Source: an uncultured Phycisphaerales bacterium | GTDB taxonomy: Bacteria; Planctomycetota; Phycisphaerae; Tepidisphaerales; Tepidisphaeraceae | NCBI GenBank assembly: GCA_963758525.1 | Contig: CAVWVQ010000003.1 | Location: 32,001-96,000, forward strand | Length of the DNA: 64,000 nucleotides | Direction of reading: 5' to 3' | In this document: positions 19,473 through 29,145 of the stretch, piece by piece | Position numbering within the stretch: position 1 is the first letter of the stretch | How the letters are laid out: each line of letters begins with the position of its first letter | Program-made: the position numbers and the translations under genes | Notes under the pieces: generated by a model | Databases searched by the model: none | Told to the model about the DNA's origin: nothing | The model's input: the letters and a program-made list of their open reading frames with translations, nothing else

Positions 19473-20378
19473 ATGGCTAAGGCTCGCGCTATTGTGAAAC
19501 GCCGCAAGGCGGTTCGGAACATCCGCAAGATCACCAAGACGATGCAGATGATCGCGACGGCCAAGTTCCAAAAGTCGCTGAAACGAGCGGTTGGAACCAA
19601 GCCTTACAGCCTGAAGGTGCGCGAACTGGTGAAGGAGCTGGCGGCAAGCGTCGGAGACGTGGACCATCCGCTGCTCCGTCGTCCGAGCGATGCCGATCGC
19701 AAGAAGAAGATCGCACTGGTCGTCATCACCAGCAATCGGGGGCTGGCGGGCGCCTACAACGGGAGCGTGCTTCGGGCGGCGAACGTATTCATCCGACAGC
19801 AGACCGCCGAGGGAAATGCGATCGATCTCTACGTTGCCGGGAAAAAGGGTATCTCGTTCTTCAATTTCCAGAAACGCCCGATCGCGCAGCGCATCGAAGT
19901 CGCCGATCCAGTGCAGTTTGCCGACGTGGAAGTCCTGGCGAATCAGTTCATCGAACAGTTCGTCTCGGGCCAGGTCGACGCGGTTTACGTCGCGTACATG
20001 AACTTTTTGAGCGCGTCCAACCAGAAGCCCGACGTGATGTCGCTGCTGCCGTTGGCTGGTGTTGAGGCGCCCGCGGCGGCCGGGCAGACGGCGCCGTCGG
20101 CCGGCCTCGCGAAGCAAGTGGTCTACGAGTTCTCGCCCGACCCGATCAGTCTGTTGGATGATCTGCTCCCGCGCACTGTTCGCACGGCTCTCTTTCAGGC
20201 ATTCCTCGATGCGACCACCAGCGAGCATGTCGCCCGCATGATCTCGATGAAAAGCGCCACCGATAATGCCGACAAGATGGTCAAATCGTTGACCATGCGA
20301 TACAACCGCGCCCGACAGAGCCAGATCACCACTGAGCTATCGGAAATCATGGGCGGCGTAGAGGCGATGAACAAGTAG
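19473..20378 (+). CDS. atpG: F1F0 ATP synthase gamma subunit
   Basis: KITKTMQMIATAK, ITSNRGLAGAYN, SEHVARMISMKSATDNA, YNRARQSQITTELSEIMGG. Confidence 0.97.
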   Translation: MAKARAIVKRRKAVRNIRKITKTMQMIATAKFQKSLKRAVGTKPYSLKVRELVKELAASVGDVDHPLLRRPSDADRKKKIALVVITSNRGLAGAYNGSVLRAANVFIRQQTAEGNAIDLYVAGKKGISFFNFQKRPIAQRIEVADPVQFADVEVLANQFIEQFVSGQVDAVYVAYMNFLSASNQKPDVMSLLPLAGVEAPAAAGQTAPSAGLAKQVVYEFSPDPISLLDDLLPRTVRTALFQAFLDATTSEHVARMISMKSATDNADKMVKSLTMRYNRARQSQITTELSEIMGGVEAMNK

Positions 20379-20390
20379 GCCGCCAGGGCC

Positions 20391-20650
20391 GCCACTTCGG
20401 GCGGAAATCCGAATTCCGAAACCCGAAACCAGAATTAAACCAGAATGACGAATGACCGAATGTTGCGCCGAGAGCCGCAGCTCATGTCGTTGGTCTGATG
20501 GCAGGTGCGAGCTAGCTAGCTCGTGGGGATGGGATCACAGAACTCCGTTTCAGTCATTCGTCATTCGGGTTTCGGGTTTGATTCTGGTTTCTGGTTTCGG
20601 AATTCGGATTTCTGCCCGAAGTGGCAGTTCTGGTTTCGGAATTCGGGTTT
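20391..20650. repeat. Inverted pair of heptamer-repeat arms (GAAACCC/GAAACCA/GAATGAC family)
   Basis: GCCACTTCGGGCGGAAATCCGAATTCCGAAACCCGAAACCAGAAT..GAATGACGAATGAC pairs with GTCATTCGTCATTC..TTCTGGTTTCGGAATTCGGATTTCTGCCCGAAGTGGC. Confidence 0.85.
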
Positions 20651-20677
20651 CCTCTTGCGACTGGTTCTCAGTTTTGC

Positions 20678-20706
20678 TTGATACCCCATCGTCCGGCCCC
20701 TATATT
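20678..20706 (+). promoter_or_regulatory. Sigma70-type promoter upstream of the suf genes
   Basis: TTGATA-N17-TATATT. Confidence 0.5.
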
Positions 20707-20817
20707 AATACAAGCCACCGGCCCTGCGGCTTGGTGGCAATCGTTCAGGACTCATACACAACGCCCTGTAAATCGAACACTTAGCGTTCGGCGTGGGCTT
20801 TGGGAGGCTTTAGTATC

Positions 20818-21153
20818 ATGGCAATCATGCTCACCGAATTCGCGGCCAACAAGATCAAACAGATCATTTCCGAGCAGGGCCTGCCTGACGCGGCGACGAA
20901 GCTGCGCGTCGGGGTAAAGGGTGGCGGCTGCTCCGGTTTCAGCTACATGCTCGACCTCACCGAGGAAGCCAAGAGCGAGGGCGACGAAGAAATGGACAGC
21001 CACGGCGTGAAGATTCTCGTCGACATGAAGAGCTATCTCTATCTCAACGGAACCGAGATCGACTTCAAGAGCGAGAACATGAGCGAAGGTTTCGTCTTCA
21101 AGAACCCCAACGCCACCAGCTCCTGTGGTTGCGGCAGCAGTTTCTCCGCCTGA
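20818..21153 (+). CDS. sufA: Fe-S cluster assembly accessory protein (HesB/IscA/SufA)
   Basis: LRVGVKGGGCSGFSY, FKNPNATSSCGCGSSF. Confidence 0.93.
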   Translation: MAIMLTEFAANKIKQIISEQGLPDAATKLRVGVKGGGCSGFSYMLDLTEEAKSEGDEEMDSHGVKILVDMKSYLYLNGTEIDFKSENMSEGFVFKNPNATSSCGCGSSFSA

Positions 21154-21323
21154 TGACGCAGGAAGCTGTTCCGATTGCACGAACCCGCAGAGCACGCCGA
21201 GCCAAAGTTACTGGGAAGGCTCGGATCAAACGGTAGCGATCCGGGCCTTCGGAGTGCCTCAGACCTCGGCGTGGACACGCAAGTGCAGCCGCGCCCCGCC
21301 GCAGCGTGATGTAAAGGCTACGC

Positions 21324-22763
21324 ATGCCCACCGAAACCAGCGAAATCGAAACCCTGGCCAACCAGGAATATCGATGGGGATTCATCACCGATATTGAAGC
21401 GGATTCCGCGCCCATGGGGCTGAATGAAGAGATCATTCGATTCATTTCGCTCAAGAAGGCAGAACCCGACTGGATGCTTCAGACCCGGCTGAAGGCGTTT
21501 CGGCATTGGCAGACGTTGTCCGAGCCAACCTGGGCCGCTGTGCATCACCCCCCGATCGACTATCAACGGACGATTTACTACTCCGCGCCAAAACCGAAGC
21601 TCAAGAGCCTCGACGAAGTCGATCCGGAGTTGCTGGCGACGTACGAAAAGCTCGGCATCCCGCTTCAGGAGCGGGCGATCCTGGCGGGCGTTGCCGTCGA
21701 CGCGGTTTTCGACAGCGTCTCGGTCGCCACCACGTTTAAGGCCAAGCTTGCGGAATTGGGCATCATCTTTTGTTCCTTCAGCGAGGCGGTTCGCGAGCAT
21801 CCCGACCTGATCAAGAAATACATGGGATCGGTCGTCCCCTACTCCGACAATTTCTTTGCGACGCTCAACGCGGCGGCGTTTACCGACGGCTCTTTTGTCT
21901 ACATCCCCAAAGGGGTGCGCTGCCCGATGGAGTTGAGCACGTATTTCCGCATCAACGCGCAGGGGACCGGCCAGTTTGAACGGACGCTGATCATTGCCGA
22001 TGAAGGTGCGTACGTGAGCTATCTGGAGGGGTGCACCGCCCCGGCGCGCGATGAGAACCAGCTTCATGCGGCGGTCGTGGAACTTATTGCACTCGATAAC
22101 GCGCAGATCAAATATTCCACGGTGCAGAACTGGTATCCGGGTGACAAGGAAGGCAACGGTGGCATCTACAACTTCGTCACCAAACGCGGCGCCTGCCGGG
22201 GCGTGAATTCCAAAATCTCCTGGACGCAGGTCGAGACCGGCTCAGCCATCACCTGGAAATATCCAAGCTGCATCCTGCAGGGAGACAACTCGGTCGGCGA
22301 GTTCTATTCCGTCGCGCTGACAAACAATTGGCAGCAAGCGGACACCGGCACGAAAATGATTCACATCGGGAAGAACACCCGCAGCACGATCGTCTCCAAG
22401 GGAATCTCCGCCGGTCACGGACAAAACACGTATCGCGGGCTGGTGAAAATCCTCAAGGGTGCGACAGACGCGCGGAACTACACGCAATGCGACTCGCTGC
22501 TGCTGGGCGACAAGTGCGGCGCCCACACCACGCCGTACATCGAGGTCCGCAATACGACGGCGCGTGCCGAGCATGAGGCGTCAACGTCGAAGATTGGCGA
22601 GGATCAGCTTTTCTACTGCAAGCAGCGCGGGATCTCTCTCGAGGACGCCGTGAGTATGATCGTGAACGGCTTTTGCAATGAAGTCTTCAATGAACTGCCG
22701 TTTGAATTCGCCGTTGAGGCGCGGAAGCTGTTGGGGGTGAGCTTGGAGGGGAGCGTCGGTTGA
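21324..22763 (+). CDS. sufB: Fe-S cluster assembly protein SufB
   Basis: [54 protein letters not shown]. Confidence 0.97.
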   Translation: MPTETSEIETLANQEYRWGFITDIEADSAPMGLNEEIIRFISLKKAEPDWMLQTRLKAFRHWQTLSEPTWAAVHHPPIDYQRTIYYSAPKPKLKSLDEVDPELLATYEKLGIPLQERAILAGVAVDAVFDSVSVATTFKAKLAELGIIFCSFSEAVREHPDLIKKYMGSVVPYSDNFFATLNAAAFTDGSFVYIPKGVRCPMELSTYFRINAQGTGQFERTLIIADEGAYVSYLEGCTAPARDENQLHAAVVELIALDNAQIKYSTVQNWYPGDKEGNGGIYNFVTKRGACRGVNSKISWTQVETGSAITWKYPSCILQGDNSVGEFYSVALTNNWQQADTGTKMIHIGKNTRSTIVSKGISAGHGQNTYRGLVKILKGATDARNYTQCDSLLLGDKCGAHTTPYIEVRNTTARAEHEASTSKIGEDQLFYCKQRGISLEDAVSMIVNGFCNEVFNELPFEFAVEARKLLGVSLEGSVG

Positions 22764-23341
22764 TGAAAGCCGTATTCGATCCGGCTCCGCCCTGGGAAGG
22801 AGCGCGACGCGAGTTCCTGATACTCTGGCATGGTTGCACGCATCTGGATTCCGAAGGCGTAGGCGCTGGAATCGATCTGACCAGGAGCAGGACCAACTTG
22901 GATTTCGGAAGAGGATTTTATACGACGACACTGCGGCGTCAGGCTGTACACTGGGCGGTACGGCGATTCGATTCGCGTTTCGTTGCGAAGTTGAATAACT
23001 GGCCGGTTGTGCTGCGATTTACGGTTCGGCGGGCAGAACTTGCGGAACTGAAAAGCATGAGTTTCGTTTTGGCCGCGTACGAACACGAAGATTACTGGAG
23101 CTTGGTGCAACATTGTCGCAGGAGTCGGGCTGGCAAGGTGAATGATCATCTTGGGCCGGTGAGCGACGACGGGCATTGGTATGATGCCGTGTCCGGGCCA
23201 GTTGTAGCCGACTGGCGGCAGCGTGCGGCACTGATAGGAATGGACCAGGTGAGCTTTCACACGCAGTCTGCCGTCGCACTGCTGGATGGCGCGATCCGGT
23301 CTGGAAGTGCGGAAAGGTACGAATGCGATATCAACCTGTAG
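22763..23341 (+). CDS. DUF3990-like protein (predicted ADP-ribosyltransferase fold)
   Basis: LWHG, DFGRGFYTTT..QAVHWA, YDAVSGPVVAD, DQVSFHT. TGATG overlap with the sufB stop. Confidence 0.75.
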   Translation: MKAVFDPAPPWEGARREFLILWHGCTHLDSEGVGAGIDLTRSRTNLDFGRGFYTTTLRRQAVHWAVRRFDSRFVAKLNNWPVVLRFTVRRAELAELKSMSFVLAAYEHEDYWSLVQHCRRSRAGKVNDHLGPVSDDGHWYDAVSGPVVADWRQRAALIGMDQVSFHTQSAVALLDGAIRSGSAERYECDINL

Positions 23342-23370
23342 CACGCAAGGCGGCTGAAGCCGACGGTGGT

Positions 23371-23613
23371 GTGAAGTTGCCTGTCGTTATCCGACAGTTC
23401 TGGGCTGACGTCCAAGCGCGGCTTCATCGCCACCACAAGCTTCCGATGACACAGGCGCGAAACGCCGTGCGCACCTACCGGCGACGCGTCGGAAACGTCG
23501 CGATGAATCAAGGGGAAATTGAAACTGCAGCCGATATTGCCGCTGCGGTTCGAGCTGGCGGATTCGCGTCTCTTTCGGGTCCGCGGCCGGCGCGGGTTGC
23601 GGTCGAGGTCTGA
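23371..23613 (+). CDS. Small hypothetical protein, partner of the DUF3990 gene
   Basis: 80-aa basic helical ORF (GTG start) filling the gap between the DUF3990 gene and sufC. Confidence 0.5.
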   Translation: MKLPVVIRQFWADVQARLHRHHKLPMTQARNAVRTYRRRVGNVAMNQGEIETAADIAAAVRAGGFASLSGPRPARVAVEV

Positions 23614-23658
23614 CGGCGGCGCCGACGACGGTTTTATTTATCTTTTCGGATGCCAAGA

Positions 23659-24429
23659 ATGCGTTTGCTCGAAATCAAGAATCTGCACGCAAAAGTAGCT
23701 GAACGCGAGATCCTCAAGGGGATCAATCTCACGGTCAACGCCGGCGAAGTGCACGCGATCATGGGCCTGAATGGCTCGGGCAAGAGCACGCTTGCGCAGG
23801 TGATTGCTGGTCGCGAGACCTATGAGGTCACCGAAGGCGAAGTTCTGTATAACGGCAAAGACATACTCGATCTGTCTGCCGAGGAACGGGCCCGCGAAGG
23901 CGTCTTCCTCGCGTTTCAGTATCCGGTGGAGATCCCCGGGGTCAGCACCAGCTACTTCCTCAAGGCCGCGGTCAACGCCATTCGCAAGTATCGCAACGAA
24001 TCGGAACTCGATGCGGTCGCGTTTCAGGCGCTGGTCAAGGAAAAGATGAAGCTGCTGCAGATGGATTCGAGTTTGATGCGGCGCGCCGTGAACGAAGGAT
24101 TCTCGGGCGGGGAGAAGAAGCGGAACGAAATCTTCCAGATGGCCGTTCTCGAACCCCGTCTGGCGATCCTGGACGAAACGGATTCGGGCCTGGACATCGA
24201 CGCGCTCAAAACGGTCTCGCACGGCGTCAATTCACTGCGAAACCCCGATCGCGCCATCGTTGTGGTGACGCACTATCAGCGCCTGCTGGATTTCATCGAG
24301 CCGGATTTCGTTCACGTGATGCTCAAGGGCCGGATCGTCATGTCGGGCGACAAGAACCTCGCATTGAAGCTCGAAAAGCAGGGATACAAATGGGTCGAGG
24401 ATCAACTGCCCCCGCCCTCGGCCGCCTGA
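23659..24429 (+). CDS. sufC: Fe-S cluster assembly ATPase SufC
   Basis: HAIMGLNGSGKSTL, FLAFQYPVEIPGV, GFSGGEKKRNE, LDETDSGLDIDAL. Confidence 0.97.
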   Translation: MRLLEIKNLHAKVAEREILKGINLTVNAGEVHAIMGLNGSGKSTLAQVIAGRETYEVTEGEVLYNGKDILDLSAEERAREGVFLAFQYPVEIPGVSTSYFLKAAVNAIRKYRNESELDAVAFQALVKEKMKLLQMDSSLMRRAVNEGFSGGEKKRNEIFQMAVLEPRLAILDETDSGLDIDALKTVSHGVNSLRNPDRAIVVVTHYQRLLDFIEPDFVHVMLKGRIVMSGDKNLALKLEKQGYKWVEDQLPPPSAA

Positions 24430-24446
24430 ATTCGTGAGTCATCTCC

Positions 24447-25793
24447 ATGACCCAACTGATGGAACACAAGGACACGTATCTCAGCAGTTTCGCCCGTCTC
24501 AAGGACGAAGCGGGCAATGGCGCGCACCCCTGGTTGGAAAAACTGCGGAAGAGCGCCATCGACCGCTTCGCCACCGTCGGATTCCCCTCGACGCGCAGTG
24601 AGGAATGGCTTCATACCAACGTCGCGCCCATCGCACGCACGCCCTTCCGCCCTGCCGGCGGGCAGGCCGATCTCGCGCGTAGCGCCTTCTCGCAGTATAG
24701 CTTCGCCGACCAGGCAGCCGTCGAGCTGGTTTTCGTCAATGGCCATTACCGCTCTGAGCTTTCAACGGTGCGCCCTCTGGCCAAGAACGTGCGCGTGTTG
24801 AGTCTCCCCGACGCGCTGCAATCGCATGGCGAGCGCATCGAGCAGCACTTGACGCGATACGCCGACATCAATAACAACCCGTTTGTCGCTCTCAACACCG
24901 GCTTTTTGCAGCACGGGGCGTTCGTTCACATTCCGCGGGGCGCTGCGCCGGACCGGCCGATTCACCTGCTGTTTCTCTCGGCTCCCTCCAGCGAGCCGGT
25001 GGTCGCGCATCCGCGCGTGCTGATCCTCGCCGACGACACTTGCGAGGCGTCGATCGTCGAGACATATGCTGCCACTGAGCCAGGCGTCTATTTCAATAAC
25101 GTCGTGACGGAAATCGTCGTGGGGCATGGCGCTCGCGTGGAGCATTGCAAGGTGCAGCAGGAATCGCTGGCCGCTTTTCACGTCGCGACCACCGAAGTCC
25201 GCGTCGGGCGGGCCGCCTATTTCCTGTCCCACTCGGCTTCACTCGGGTCGCAACTGACGCGAAACGACCTCAACGTCGTTCTCGGAGGCGCAGGCGGCGA
25301 AGCGATGCTCAACGGTGTAACGCTCATCACCGGCAATCAGCATGTGGACAACCACACCGTGCTCGATCATAAGGAGCCCCGCTGCCCGAGCCACGAGCTC
25401 TACAAGGCGGTTCTCGACGGCAAATCGAGCGGCGTGTTCAAGGGCAAAATCCGGGTCCGACCCGGCGCGCAGAAAACCGATTCGAAGCAGAGCAGTAAAA
25501 CTCTGCTTCTCTCGGACGACGCCCTGATGCACTCGCAACCGGCCCTGGAAATCTACGCCGACGACGTGAAATGCACGCATGGCTCGACCACCGGCCCCGT
25601 CGACGATCAGCAGATCTTCTATCTCCGCTCCCGCGGCGTCAGCCTCGAAGCCGCCCGGCATCTGCTCACGTACGCTTTCCTCGCCGAGGTCACCTCGCGC
25701 ATCCGCATCCGCCCCGTCCGCGACCGCCTCGAAGCCATCATGGCGGATCGTCATGGGTTGCCGCAGGATTTGCGGGTAGCAGATATCGGGTAA
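24447..25793 (+). CDS. sufD: Fe-S cluster assembly protein SufD
   Basis: FPSTRSEEW, HVDNHT, GVFKGKI, PALEIYADDVKCTHGST, FYLRSRG. Confidence 0.95.
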   Translation: MTQLMEHKDTYLSSFARLKDEAGNGAHPWLEKLRKSAIDRFATVGFPSTRSEEWLHTNVAPIARTPFRPAGGQADLARSAFSQYSFADQAAVELVFVNGHYRSELSTVRPLAKNVRVLSLPDALQSHGERIEQHLTRYADINNNPFVALNTGFLQHGAFVHIPRGAAPDRPIHLLFLSAPSSEPVVAHPRVLILADDTCEASIVETYAATEPGVYFNNVVTEIVVGHGARVEHCKVQQESLAAFHVATTEVRVGRAAYFLSHSASLGSQLTRNDLNVVLGGAGGEAMLNGVTLITGNQHVDNHTVLDHKEPRCPSHELYKAVLDGKSSGVFKGKIRVRPGAQKTDSKQSSKTLLLSDDALMHSQPALEIYADDVKCTHGSTTGPVDDQQIFYLRSRGVSLEAARHLLTYAFLAEVTSRIRIRPVRDRLEAIMADRHGLPQDLRVADIG

Positions 25794-25797
25794 GACC

Positions 25798-25914
25798 CCG
25801 GCGACAAGTCGCTCGGCTCTGCGCTGGCGCGACTTCTCACGCCCCACGCGCGACCAATTTTTCTGTGGGGTCCCCGGCCTCGCGCCAGAGCACAGCCGAG
25901 CGACTTGTCGCCGG
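25798..25914. repeat. REP-like inverted doublet between convergent genes
   Basis: CCGGCGACAAGTCGCTCGGCTCTGCGCTGGCGCGA ... TCGCGCCAGAGCACAGCCGAGCGACTTGTCGCCGG. Confidence 0.85.
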
Positions 25915-25971
25915 ACTCATCGCGCGACCCTCTCATTCCCGAAAGCCGTCCGATCGGTACCCGCGGATGCC

Positions 25972-26559
25972 TTACCCCCGCGACTCCGGCGGAATCGTCT
26001 CGATCACCCAACTCGGCGCAATCGGCTTCCCCTTCACCCCGGCGGGACTTTTGCCGCTGACGAGTTGCAGAATTGCATCACTGAACGCGGGAAGATCGTC
26101 GGGGCACCGGGCGGTGATGATCGGGCCGTCAACGACACATTCTTCGTCCACCCATTTCCCCCCCGCGTTGACCACGTCGTGGACGATCGACATGTAGCTC
26201 GTGCAGCGCCGGCCGCGCAGAGCGTCGGTGGAACAGAGCATCCATGGGCCGTGACAGATCGCGGCCATGGGGATCTTCTTCGCGGCCGCGTCCCTCACGA
26301 GCTTGATCATGGCTCCGTCGCGCCGCATGTGATCGGGGCTGCTGCCGCCGGGGATGACGATCAGGGCATAGTCCGCGGCTTTCACATCCACGGCAGCCTT
26401 CTCCGATTTCTGCGGGTAGCCGTGTTTTCCGACGTACGTTTCCCCGGCTTTCGGTCCGATAACGTCGACGGTGTGGCCGGCTTCCTTCAGCCGCAGGCGC
26501 GGGTACTGCAGCTCGAGGTCTTCGTAGACTTTTTCGACAAGGATTGCGATTTTTGCCAT
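25972..26559 (-). CDS. PfpI/DJ-1 family protein
   Basis: YEDLELQYP, IVIPGG, AAICHGPW, ITARCPDDLPAF. Confidence 0.9.
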   Translation of the reverse strand: MAKIAILVEKVYEDLELQYPRLRLKEAGHTVDVIGPKAGETYVGKHGYPQKSEKAAVDVKAADYALIVIPGGSSPDHMRRDGAMIKLVRDAAAKKIPMAAICHGPWMLCSTDALRGRRCTSYMSIVHDVVNAGGKWVDEECVVDGPIITARCPDDLPAFSDAILQLVSGKSPAGVKGKPIAPSWVIETIPPESRG

Positions 26560-26828
26560 GGCGCAATTATCCCCTGATTATCTCCCCCTTTCCACTAGCT
26601 CGACTCCCCGCCCCGGGGTGCCCGAAGATCCGGAAGTAATGAATTCGGCGCTGTTCGGCAGCGCTGACGGCGCCGCGCCCTGATTTCTCCTCCACAATGC
26701 TCCGGCGTCAGTGCCGCCAGCTACCCAAGGATTCGACCACAATTTCCCGGAAACACACGCAAGCCCGAAACCGCAAATTCCCGCCCCGGCGCTTGGCGGT
26801 TCAAGTGCGGCTAGCGTACTATTCGACC

Positions 26829-27057
26829 ATGCAGCGGGACCTGCTCAATCGGATCACGTTCGAGCGGGAAGTGCGGCGGCAAACCGTGCATACGGGGATT
26901 GCGGATACGGGTAAGCGATATTCTCGACTTGCTCGCCGCGGAAGCGACCGTTGACGAAATCCTGCGTGATTACGCATTTCTGGAACGCGACGATCTATTT
27001 GCGGCCCTCGCATATGCGGCGCATGAAACGGATCATGTGGTCCTTCCGACCTCATGA
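26829..27057 (+). CDS. DUF433 antitoxin (frameshift near 26872)
   Basis: MQRDLLNRITF.. then CGGKPCIRGLRIRVSDILDLLAA..EILRDYAFLERDDLFAALAYAA. Confidence 0.75.
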
Positions 27058-27382
27058 AGAGAATGGTAGACAATCAGTTGCCGCTGCAACTTGCTGTCCA
27101 CCTGCGCACTTGGGGGCTGGATTCCATTCACGTTCTCGAGAATTCCTGGAACGGGCGTCGGACTTGGAAATATGGGCCCATGCCCTGAACGAGGACCGGG
27201 CCGTGATCAGCAAGGACGAAGACTTCGTCATTCTTGCGAGCCGGCCCGGTGACTCCGGACGATTGATCTGGGGACGGCTGGGGAACTGCCGCAATTCCGC
27301 ACTCCTGGCCGCATTCGACGCTGCGCGAATCGGGATTATTCACGCACTTAACATCCGTCAGCGCGTTACCGAGGTTCGGTAG
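27054..27382 (+). CDS. DUF5615 PIN-like toxin (frameshift near 27140)
   Basis: MKRMVDNQLP..HV then ASDLEIW..VISKDEDF..RLGNC. ATGA overlap with the DUF433 gene. Confidence 0.75.
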
Positions 27383-27515
27383 AGCGCCCGAGCCGACCGA
27401 TAATGCGCCATTGCCTGCACACCTGCTCAGAATGCAGCCGCGATCGCCGAAGAAGATAGTCGGAGAGTACCGCGGGCATGCCGGGTCCGGTACATTCCCC
27501 GCGGAGAAAGATTGA

Positions 27516-28748
27516 ATGGGCCTGACATTGCGATGGGTTGGCGAGAGCGACTACGACCGCGTGGCGGACGTGCGCCTGCGCTGCTATGCGCACTCGCTCA
27601 AGGACGCCGCGCGGTACCGCGATGGCATTCGCGCCGACCGCCGCGCGGTGGGGAATGCGTATCTGCTGGCAGAGCAGGACGGAACGGCCGTCGGCACCAC
27701 CGCAAGTCTGACCTTGCAGATGTGGGTGCGCGGGGCGCGCGTCCCTTGTCAGGGAATCGCTTACGTCGGCACCATTAAAACGCATCGGCGCGGCGGCAAA
27801 GCTGCGGGCGGCGGGATCGCGACGCAACTGATGAACGCGGCGCTGCGCCGGGCGCGCGACGAGCAGCTCGCGGCGACGGCACTGATGCCCTTTCGATCCA
27901 GTTTTTACGAGCACTTCGGCTACGGCACCGTCGAGACGCGACACAACTGGACCATCCCGATGTCGCTGCTCCCGGCAGGAGCGTTTGACGGAATGCGGTT
28001 CTATGAGCCGCAGGATCGCGCCGCGATCGAAGCGGCCCGGCAACGCAGCGCGGAGCGCGGGCAATGCGATATCGAACGGCCGAGCCATTATTGGGACTGG
28101 GTCCTGCAACGCGCTGAGGACGGTTTCATCGTGATCGATCGACCTTCGATCAACGGCGATATCGCCAGCTATCTGTGGCTGCAGCACCATCACGAGAGCG
28201 GACAGGAGCAGCTCAAAGTGATGGACGCCGCCTTTGATGATGTTGCCGCCCTGAAGCGACAGCTTCATTTCCTCGGCAGTCTGCGCGATCAATACAGTTC
28301 AGTGGTCTATCCCTTCCCGGCGGATTTCCAGGCCAACTGGCTGCTCCGCGAAGTACAGCTCCCCCACCGCCCGGTGACGCACTCGACAGCAGAAGTGCGC
28401 ATCGCCAATCGCCTGCAGGTTCGCGTGCTGGATCATCAGAAATTCATCGAGCCAATGCATCTGCCCGCCGGCGCCAAGGGGCGGGCGGTGATCGGCGTGC
28501 ACGAGACGGAGGGTCACGTCAGCCGATTTGCGATCGACGTGGTTGCTGGCCGAGCCTCGGTGAAACCCACTAACGCAACGGCCGAATTTGAGGGTTCTGA
28601 TCGGATTTGGGCTGCCATTGTCTGCGGAGAACTGCCGGCATCACAGGCAGTTGCCCTGGGGTTGGCCACGTCCGCTACGCCAGCCTGCGCAACGTTCCTC
28701 AGCGTCTTCTCCGACGGGCCCCGTCCGTTCTGCCGTGAAAACTTCTAA
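27516..28748 (+). CDS. Eis-like GNAT acetyltransferase with SCP2-like C-terminus
   Basis: GIAYVGTIKTHRRGG..GIATQLM, LMPFRSSFYEHFGY, LQVRVLD, C-terminal PFCRENF. Confidence 0.85.
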   Translation: MGLTLRWVGESDYDRVADVRLRCYAHSLKDAARYRDGIRADRRAVGNAYLLAEQDGTAVGTTASLTLQMWVRGARVPCQGIAYVGTIKTHRRGGKAAGGGIATQLMNAALRRARDEQLAATALMPFRSSFYEHFGYGTVETRHNWTIPMSLLPAGAFDGMRFYEPQDRAAIEAARQRSAERGQCDIERPSHYWDWVLQRAEDGFIVIDRPSINGDIASYLWLQHHHESGQEQLKVMDAAFDDVAALKRQLHFLGSLRDQYSSVVYPFPADFQANWLLREVQLPHRPVTHSTAEVRIANRLQVRVLDHQKFIEPMHLPAGAKGRAVIGVHETEGHVSRFAIDVVAGRASVKPTNATAEFEGSDRIWAAIVCGELPASQAVALGLATSATPACATFLSVFSDGPRPFCRENF

Positions 28749-28785
28749 TAAAGATTCGCCTCGCTCGTGATCGTTTATAGCCGCA

Positions 28786-28930
28786 CTAGTGGTGCATTCC
28801 ATCTGAATTCGCGGTTCGGTCGCCTGTAGGGCGATTCATCCCGCCGTGCCTTCTGTGAGACGACAGACCACGGCGGGATGAATCCCGCCCTACGTTGTCC
28901 GCCCGAATTTCGACGGGAATGATCCACTAG
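28786..28930. mobile_element. MITE-like element bounded by CTAG, containing a GTAG-type REP doublet
   Basis: CTAG-TGGTGCATTCC..GAATTC ... GAATTT..GGAATGATCCA-CTAG. Inside: GTAGGGCGATTCATCCCGCC (28826-45) and GGCGGGATGAATCCCGCCCTAC (28872-93). A solo REP lies at ~52145. Confidence 0.65.
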
Positions 28931-28968
28931 CTAGGCAACATCAGCCCAGAGTCTGTCGCGATCCCGCT

Positions 28969-29047
28969 GGTTAGCCGCGAGGCGGAGCGGAGCGTGTATT
29001 CGGCGCCGACGTAGAATACGCGCTCCGCTGCGGGTCGCGGCTGACCC
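28969..29047. repeat. REP-like doublet (TTAGCCGCG family)
   Basis: GGTTAGCCGCGAGGCGGAGCGGAGCGTGTATTC ... GAATACGCGCTCCGCTGCGGGTCGCGGCTGACC. Confidence 0.75.
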
Positions 29048-29145
29048 GGGGGAACAATCGCGAACCGATCCGTGGCGCAAAAAATGATTTTTCATTGACT
29101 CAACTTGACACCATGCTATAGATGCACGTGCATCAGGAGTGGTTC

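Noticed and set aside
29095..29122. Sigma70 promoter upstream of the VWA-exbBD locus
   Set aside because: TTGACT and TTGACA are present but no -10 hexamer with correct spacing and a final T was found; too ambiguous to call.
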